This document shows, piece by piece, positions 54,521 through 64,000 of a DNA stretch of 64,000 nt; position 1 is the first letter of the stretch, and each line of letters begins with the position of its first letter. The notes beneath the pieces are model-generated. The model was given only the letters and a program-made list of their open reading frames with translations, was not told where the DNA came from and did not search any database. The DNA is from Octopus vulgaris (Eukaryota), in the NCBI GenBank assembly GCA_951406725.2, contig OX597822.1, positions 45,446,001 through 45,510,000 on the forward strand, read 5' to 3'. Made by a program: the position numbers and the translations under genes.

Positions 54521-54777
54521 TGATAGAAATACAAGATGAACCAGATAAAATGAATCATTGGATTAAAGTAGAGGTTCTCAAACTTTTTGGGCCACTGCCC
54601 CCCCCCCCCCCTGGCCACATAATACCGCCAGCGCCCCCACCCCTATTTTTATGTATAGATAAATATTTTATTGTCGGCAGCATTCGTCCTATTTTTCTGG
54701 ACTGCCATGTTAACTTGGCGATAACTATTAATACCCAGTACTGCTGCTGTAGTCTCCTTTAAAGAAATTTAGAAATA

Positions 54778-55480
54778 ATAATCCTTTCTACTATGGGCAC
54801 AAGGCCTGAAATTTTGAGGGAGGGGGCCAGTTGATTAGATCAACTCCAGTACACAACTGGTACTTAATTTATCGATCCAGAAAGGATGAAAAGCAAAGTT
54901 GACCTCGGCGGAATTTGAACTCAGAACGTAAAGACAGACGAAATACCTGTTTCTTTAGTACCCTCAAGGGGTTAAACACAGAGAGGACAAAACAAGGACA
55001 GACAAACGGATTAAGTCGATTATATCGACGCCAGTGCGTAACTGGTACTTATTTAATCGACCCCGAAAGAATGAAAGGCAAAGTATGTATATGTATATGT
55101 AAGGCGGCGAGCTGGCAGAAACGTTAGCACGCCGGGCGAAATGATTAGCAGTATTTCGTCTGCCGCTACGTTCTGAGTTCAAATTCCGCCGAGGTCGACT
55201 TTACCTTTCATCCTTTCGGGATCGATTAAATAAGTACCGGTTACACACTGGGGTCGATATAATCGACTTAATCCGTTTGTCTGTCCTTGTTTGTCCTCTC
55301 TGTGTTTAGCCCCTTGTGGGCAGTAAAGAAATAGGAAACGTTATCACGCCGAGTGATTTTGCCTTTCATCCTTTCGAGGTCGATAAATTAAGTACCAGTT
55401 GCGTACTGGGATCGATCTAATCGACTGTCCCCCCAAAAAAAAAATGTCGGGCTTTAAGCCTAGAGTAGTAAAGAATATCA
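54778..55480. mobile_element. Family C cluster: two minus units head-to-head with two plus units
   Basis: Minus units at 54778-55085; plus units from head AAGGCGGCGAGCTGGCAG at 55101. Confidence 0.85.
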
Positions 55481-55954
55481 GTGGCCTAATACATATTGAA
55501 GTCAACGATCATTTAATAAGATATGTTATATAAGCTGATAACTCGTTTTATGTTGTGATATTTGAACAAACTTTCAATAATTTTCGATGTAATGTTTTTA
55601 CTTGTACTTCTCTGTAATAATAATCGTTTTGAGACAAAAACTCTGACACACATATATATATATGGGAACGTTTTGTTAAGGTGTAGGCGAAACATCACTT
55701 TAATAAGATAGTAAATACAAGCAAGAGTTATTTTTCAAACGAATATAAATTCATGAATATTTTAGAATATAATTGAAACACACAGGGATGTAATTTAGTC
55801 AGAAATATTATTACAAAAGGATTAATGGTTTTGTTGCATCATGCTGAACTTAATAAAGAGAAACAAGTCAAGTTGTACACAAAAATTTATAAATAACACA
55901 GCACTTTACGAAAGTTAGTAGAGGCGATCTCCTCGGCAAGAACATAGTTGTAAA

Positions 55955-56584
55955 CCTGGTACTTATTCTATCGGTCATTTTTGCCCAACCGCTAAGTTAC
56001 AAAGACGTAAACGCATCGACACCGGTTTTCAAATGAGGTGAGGGTAAACGCACACACACACACACACACACACACAGATTTTTTTATTCTTTTATTCTTT
56101 TACTTGGTTCAGTCATTTGACTGCGGCCATACTGGAGCACCGCCTTTAGTCGAACAAATCGACCCCAGGACTTATTCTTTGTAAGCCTAGTGCTTATTCT
56201 ATCGGTCGCTTTTGCCGAACAGCTAATTTTCGAGGACGTAAACGCACCAGCATCGGTTGTCAAGCAATGTTGTGGAGACAAACACAGACACACAAACATA
56301 TACACACACACACACATATTTATCGACCCCGAAAGGATGAAAGGCAAAGTCGACCTCGACAGAATTTGAACTCTGAGCGTAAAGACAGACGAAGTAACAT
56401 ATATACATATTATATATTCTTTTCTACTCTAAGCGCAAGGCACGAAATTCTGAGGGAAGGGAGCTAGTCGATTAGATTGACCTCAGTACACAACTGGTAC
56501 TTAATTTATCAACCCCGAAAGGATAAAAAGCAATGTCGACCTCGGTGGAATTTGAACTCAGAATGTAAAGACAGATGAAATAAC

Positions 56585-56585
<1 letters not shown>
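55955..56585 (-). mobile_element. Two SINE A 3' halves followed by family C fragments
   Basis: Family motif matches. Confidence 0.8.
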
Positions 56586-56636
<51 letters not shown>

Positions 56637-56778
56637 ATAATAATAATGGGTAAAATTAATTAATCAATTAATAATTAATAATTTTACCAAGTAGTTCGGT
56701 ATGTTAAAAGAACCATTATCGGTAAACTTATACAAAAATTGTTATAATCATAAACATAATTATAATTAGGGCTTAGCA

Positions 56779-57718
<940 letters not shown>

Positions 57719-58889
57719 GTGTGTGTGGACGCAAGTATCGTTGAATAATTAAAACGTTCGCTTCGCAATAATAGCGTCCCGGTTTCAATTCCGTTGCGTG
57801 TCATCTTGGTAAGAGTTATTTTTCACAGAAGCGTAGCAAGAGGATTTGGTTGTACAGTTAAGAAGCTCGCTTAGCAACCACGAGGGTTGGGAATCAGCTC
57901 CACAGCGCGGCATCTTGCGCAAGTCGATTCAAAGTAAAAGAACTCAGAAAGTTGGCCGTCCTACCAGGCCTTTCGGGATACACTTGGTGCCAGGAACTTT
58001 CTTCGAGTTACGTCTTTTTTTTTCTAAGAATTTAAAGGAAAACTAAACATCAACTTCAGTCAGTCTTAGCAAGTATGTTTAACCCAATTTCTTTAATTCC
58101 TACTAGTGGCTAACATAGATGGGGACAACACAATCTGAGGTCAGATATACGAATGATTTTACAATAAAATAACGATTAAAAATTGACAAATTGTATTTAA
58201 CGAATGGACGAGACGAATTCAACACAAAAGACACAACAAATGGAGTGGTGTTTGGGTTTAGCTCCGACCCTACGACCCCCAACCATCACTGATATCTTTT
58301 GGGACACATTATGGCTTATTCACTCGGCTAAAACCACTCGCAACACTCGTGCTACATATTTCCATCTTTCGTTAAACATTTCCTCTGACAGACACCTCCT
58401 CTCAAGTCCTATTTTTCTTAGCAAGCATATTTAACCGATAAAACGCTGGGATTTGCATTTACATAGCATGGACTGCTGAGCTCATTTTATGAAAAGGAGA
58501 CTACCATGCACACATAAAAAACAAAAAATAGTTAAAATATCTTCTTAGTATATAATGGTGGCAAGTTTTACATCATCTGAAAAGTCATTAGTTGAACTAT
58601 TAGTCCTCTTTCAATCAAACGCCCATAAATTAAACACATCTGGGCCACGATCGTGGCCTGTGGAACTGTGCCTGACGGCCACGATCGTGGTTCGTCGCGC
58701 TTTGTATGTTAAAAGCGGGATTTCTTTAATGAAATACGTGAAAACCAATACTAAAGCGGAAACCAAATAAAATACATGTGAAAATATATGCAATATATTT
58801 ATTAAAACAATATATAAGCTAATGAAATTTTTTAAGATGTTTTTTTATTACGTTACGTCATCTTGCAACCAATTTACCGATGTGAGTTC

Positions 58890-59315
58890 AGATGTGGCTG
58901 TGTGGTAAGAAGCTTACTTCCCAGCCACATTGTTCCGGGTTCAATCCCACTGTGGAACGTTGGGCAAGTATCTTCTGCTACAGCTTCGGGTTGACCAAAG
59001 CCTCAGGTCGACTAATGCCTTGTGAGTGGATTTGGTAGACGGAAACTCGAGGAAACCCGGTGTAGATGGATGGATGGATGGTTGAGTGGGTGTGTCTGTG
59101 ACTCTGTATCTGGTTTTGTACAAACGCACACCGCTTGACAACCGGTGTTTCAGTGTTTACGTCTCTGTAATTTAGCAGTTCGGCAAAGGTGGGCGATAGA
59201 ATAAGTACCTGGCTCTAAAAACAATTAAGTACTGGGGTCGATTCGTATGACTAAAATTCTTCTGGCGGTACTCCAGCATGGCCGCAGTCTAACTACTGAA
59301 ACAAACATAAGGTAA
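58890..59315 (+). mobile_element. SINE A (diverged)
   Basis: Family alignment. Confidence 0.82.
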
Positions 59316-59365
59316 AAGATATATGCGTGTGTGTGTTTGCGCGCACGCACATATGTATGCATGTA

Positions 59366-60439
<1,074 letters not shown>

Positions 60440-60584
60440 CACAGAACAAAGTCATAACCGCTGAAATCGCCTCGGCTGATATACCCGTTTTATGAATGCT
60501 ATCCGTTTTGGGATCGTCTTCGGGTAAATGTTAAGTTTAAAACGAAATTGCTTCCAGTAAAAAAGTTTTCTTTCAATTTGTCGC

Positions 60585-60616
60585 TCCGCGCCTGCGTTCA
60601 AAATTTCAAGATGGCG
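60585..60616 (+). promoter_or_regulatory. Housekeeping-type promoter/start motifs (NRF1-like GCGCCTGCG; YY1/Kozak CAAGATGGCG)
   Basis: CGCGCCTGCG at 60587-60596 and CAAGATGGCG at 60607-60616 in a unique CpG-retaining island. Confidence 0.55.
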
Positions 60617-60632
60617 TTATTAGTTCATCGCG
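60611..60632 (+). CDS. Probable first coding exon (MALLVHR, phase 1) of an unidentified gene continuing to the right
   Basis: ATG in strong context AAGATGG, followed after 22 nt by a consensus donor G|GTGAGT (60633-60638) and T-rich intron-like sequence. Confidence 0.55.
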
Positions 60633-61017
60633 GTGAGTCTCGTTAGTTTTCAAAAGTGTTTAGTCTTCGATATCCATAATCTTTTATTTAATTCCTTCAC
60701 TTTGCTTCAATATTCGACAAGAACTGTATGTATAACACTTAGAATAATATTATTTTTGTTTTTTGTTTTAAATATATTCTAGAGACTAACGTTGTTGCTT
60801 TTATTAATTTTTATTATTTTTGTCTGTTTTAAGTAATGAAATCACATTCGTCTCTCTTTCATCTTTTAATGTTCTTTAATGTTGCGTTTATTTACCATTT
60901 GAAGACTATAAGTTAGCGTGACATATATATATGCGTGTACAGAAATATCTATACGTGTGTGTACATATATATCTATATATATATATATATATTCGTATAC
61001 AAAAATATCTATACGTG

Positions 61018-61051
<34 letters not shown>

Positions 61052-61717
61052 GCTCTCTATGCGTGTACAAAAATATCTATACGTATGTGTGTGTACATAT
61101 ATAAAAATTTATATATTTTATGAGTGGCTGGTATAAACATGATGCCGGAATATATTTCTGTCTATATATTTGTATATTTGTCGAATATATTTTATCTCGG
61201 TTAATCTTATTGTAACAGTTGTAATAAGGAGTGGCGAGGGAGAAGTTTAAATTCATTTTTTATTTTCATCACTTATTCTTTTATATTTTTTCTTGTATTA
61301 ATTATTTTTGTCTTAGTGTTTTTCAGTGGATATAACAAATATCTTGTTCTTGTTTTCCTTTCATTTCTTTTTTTCTGCATCTGTATAAATTAACTAGGAT
61401 TTAAGGCGACCGTGTGTGTGTAGAGCGGGGTTCGGTAAAATGTCTTACAACATGTATATTTGCGTGTATACGTACATCTTGGAAGTATACATTAAATGTA
61501 TTTAAGTGTATGAGATATATGTGTGTGCCAATCAAAAGTGAGCAAAGTCATACTATTTATACACTATTATACAACGAAGAATAATCTTGATGTTTTTAAG
61601 TGTAATAGTATGTATGTATGTGTGTATGCATGTTGATGTGTGAAGTATATTTTTGTATGATATGCATTTAGAATATCTGAGCATAACAAAAGTATATGCT
61701 AAATTATTATATATGTA

Positions 61718-62034
61718 GTGAAGGTGCATGGCTTAATGGTTAAGGTAGTCGTGAGTTCAATTCCCGGTGACGTGTTGTGCCCTTGAGCAAGACACTTTAT
61801 TTCACGTCGCTCCAGTCCACTCAGCTGGCAGCAAAAGTGAGTTATGCCCGTATTTCAAAAGACCAGCTGAATTCCTCTTCCCCGCACATGCCTGCCCATC
61901 CCAACCCCGAGAACTACATTAAGGGTACACGTGTCTGTGGAGTGCTCAGCCACTTCCACGTTAATTTCACGAGAAGACTGTTCCATTGATAGGGCCAACT
62001 GGAGCGCTCGTCGTCGTAACCGACGGAATGCCAG
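61718..62034 (+). mobile_element. CORE-type SINE with family B tail
   Basis: TGGCTTAATGG / GAGTTCAATTCC head, CCTTGAGCAAGACACTT, family B tail. Confidence 0.82.
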
Positions 62035-62490
62035 TTTATATCCGTATGTATATAAGTATGTTTGCGTACGTGAGTGAAACATACACGCACACTATATGTG
62101 TGCGTATATATATATAACAGTTGAAGTTAATATAGAATTCGATAGTGAGACAAAAATACATGAACCGAAGACCAATGTAATCCATATAATTTATCTTCAT
62201 TAGCCGTTCTTGTTTAGTTCCAAGTCAACCCTGATGCAGCACACCTACGATCGAAGATGCTGCAGCTTTGGCCATCCTGTCATTATCTCGAGTTATGTGT
62301 GTCAAAGACTACGTGATTCAAAACGTTCTCTTCGATGGTAAGAGTGTAATTTGTGGGACACATGGCTGGTATTTCTAGCTAAACAAGCCCCCACGTCGAT
62401 CTGTGACAACGTGGTCCGTACCAAAAGATTTCGCACCAAGGAAGTCTTTCCCCACCCCACCCCACCAGCATCTTTACATAAAATATAAAT

Positions 62491-62665
62491 CAGAGGTACT
62501 CGACCGCGGCTCCCATGGCATCATGCGACCCTGAAGCATCCTTCTAGCGGCCCTCGACGGTCTCCCCTCTATAAATATTCGTTTTCCTTTCATTGGTTTT
62601 ACGTCTTTTGGTGGGTCCTCTGAAAAAAAAATTGGCCTAGATATTTAAAAGGTTAAAAACCGCTG
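62491..62665. mobile_element. hAT MITE (175 bp)
   Basis: CAGAGGTACTCGACC / GGTTAAAAACCGCTG ends; flanks ATATAAAT / GTCTAAAT (6/8 TSD match). Confidence 0.6.
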
Positions 62666-62705
62666 GTCTAAATTGATATTAAATTGACATGGATCTTATA
62701 CATAT

Positions 62706-63016
62706 GAGGGTGCATGGCCTGGTGATTATGGTGTTGAATTGGGTTCGATTCCCAGCTCAGGCAGCGCGCTTTGTCCTTGAGCAAGTCACTTTATTTCTCA
62801 TTACTCCAGTCCGCTCAACTAGCAAAAATGAGCTGTACCTGTAATTCAAAGGGCCAGCCTTGTAACAATGTGTCATGCTGAATCTCCCTGAGAACTACTT
62901 TAAGGGCTCACGTGTCTGTGGAGTGCTCAGCCACTTGCATGTTACTGTCTTAAGCAGGCTGTTCCGTCGATCGTAGTAACTGGAACCCTCGTCGGTGCAA
63001 CCGACGAGGTGCCAGC
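62706..63016 (+). mobile_element. CORE-type SINE with family B tail
   Basis: GGTTCGATTCC B box, CCTTGAGCAAGTCACTT, family B tail. Confidence 0.82.
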
Positions 63017-63287
63017 TTTATTCTAAATATAGATTGATCGATCGATTACGGCCGACCCTGCACATGTATGTGTAGACATGTAAAATTTATAAGGAACTGT
63101 TGCTCCAGTATCCATGTCTTGCTTCTCTACGCAGCTGACGCTTATTCAAGGGAAAAGCTGCCGACTTAGGCCGATACTTATAGCGTAGCCTGTGGGAGGG
63201 GAGCAGTATTCCAGCCAAGAACTGGGTTGTATCTATATGAGTATGTTTTTGTGTTCGTTTCCCACTACCGCTTAACAGCGTTGATAT

Positions 63288-63530
63288 TTCCATTATTTAC
63301 ATTTGACGGATGTTTGCCCTCATCTTGTTTAACACGACGTTTCGGCTGATATACCCTTCAGCCTTCACCAGGTGTCTTGGAGAAATTTCGAACCTGGGTT
63401 CTCATTCCTAAGGTATTTTTCGATGTTATTATTATTCAGGTCACTGCCTGGAATCGAACTCGGATATTTGAGGACAAATATCCGTAAAATGTAAATAATG
63501 TACATAATTCCTCATCTCATAAATATAGAA
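63288..63530 (-). mobile_element. B-box plus hammerhead-bearing repeat with inverted terminal duplication, nested in a decayed SINE A
   Basis: Minus: GAGTTCGATTCC (63450-63461) ... GACAC-CUGGUGA-A-GGCUGA..UCAGCC-GAAACGUC-GUGUU (63331-63376); tail 63291-63322 is inverted at 63469-63500. Confidence 0.75.
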
Positions 63531-64000
63531 AGGTATTGGTATATTTATGGCCCCGTAACGTAAAGGTTCGACAAAAGCGAACGATAGAATAAGTACTAGA
63601 CTTAAAAACTAAGTAGGGGTCGTTTTGTTAATCTAAAACCCCTTCAAGAAGGTACTCCAGAATGACCGCAGTCAAATAACTGAAACCAGTTAAAAATACA
63701 TAATTGTGAAAATAATTGTGGGAGAGAGATGAGAGCAAGCTGGACGTAGAGATGTTTATTATAATTTATATTTATATTTTGTATGATATCGTTCGCCATA
63801 TTATCGAGATGGATGGAACCGACAGAACATCGGACGAAATGCCTTGCCTTTTTCAGCTACGTTTCGTTACGTTCTCGGTTCAAATCCGCCCGAGGTCGCG
63901 CTGGCCTTTTTATCCGAGTTCTGTAAAACATTCTAATCAAGACCTGGGTCGTCATGACCGAATATACATACATCACCCAATCCCCTCTTTAAAAAAAAAA

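Overview
AT-rich, microsatellite-saturated eukaryotic DNA, almost all non-coding (intergenic or intronic). The repeat families suggest a cephalopod, most likely Octopus; this is an inference from recalled repeat sequences, not a database result. There is no intact gene, and nearly all ORFs in the track are translations of simple repeats. Contents: about 20 copies or fragments of a tRNA-headed CORE-type SINE with a central microsatellite, a second tRNA-headed SINE family, tandem MetaSINE-type arrays, three stacked R4/Dong-like LINE fragments in (TAA)n, three RTE-like LINE remnants, mariner and hAT MITEs, a head-to-tail Helitron trimer, and a probable first coding exon near 60.6 kb. The most notable signal is about 15 minimal type I hammerhead-ribozyme motifs with palindromic stem III (Penelope-type), found by eye. 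Four have a canonical core, seven carry a compensatory U3-A8 core, several lie in fold-back inverted repeats, and one appears to sit in a tRNA/Pol III-headed SINE-like element. Repeat boundaries are approximate.
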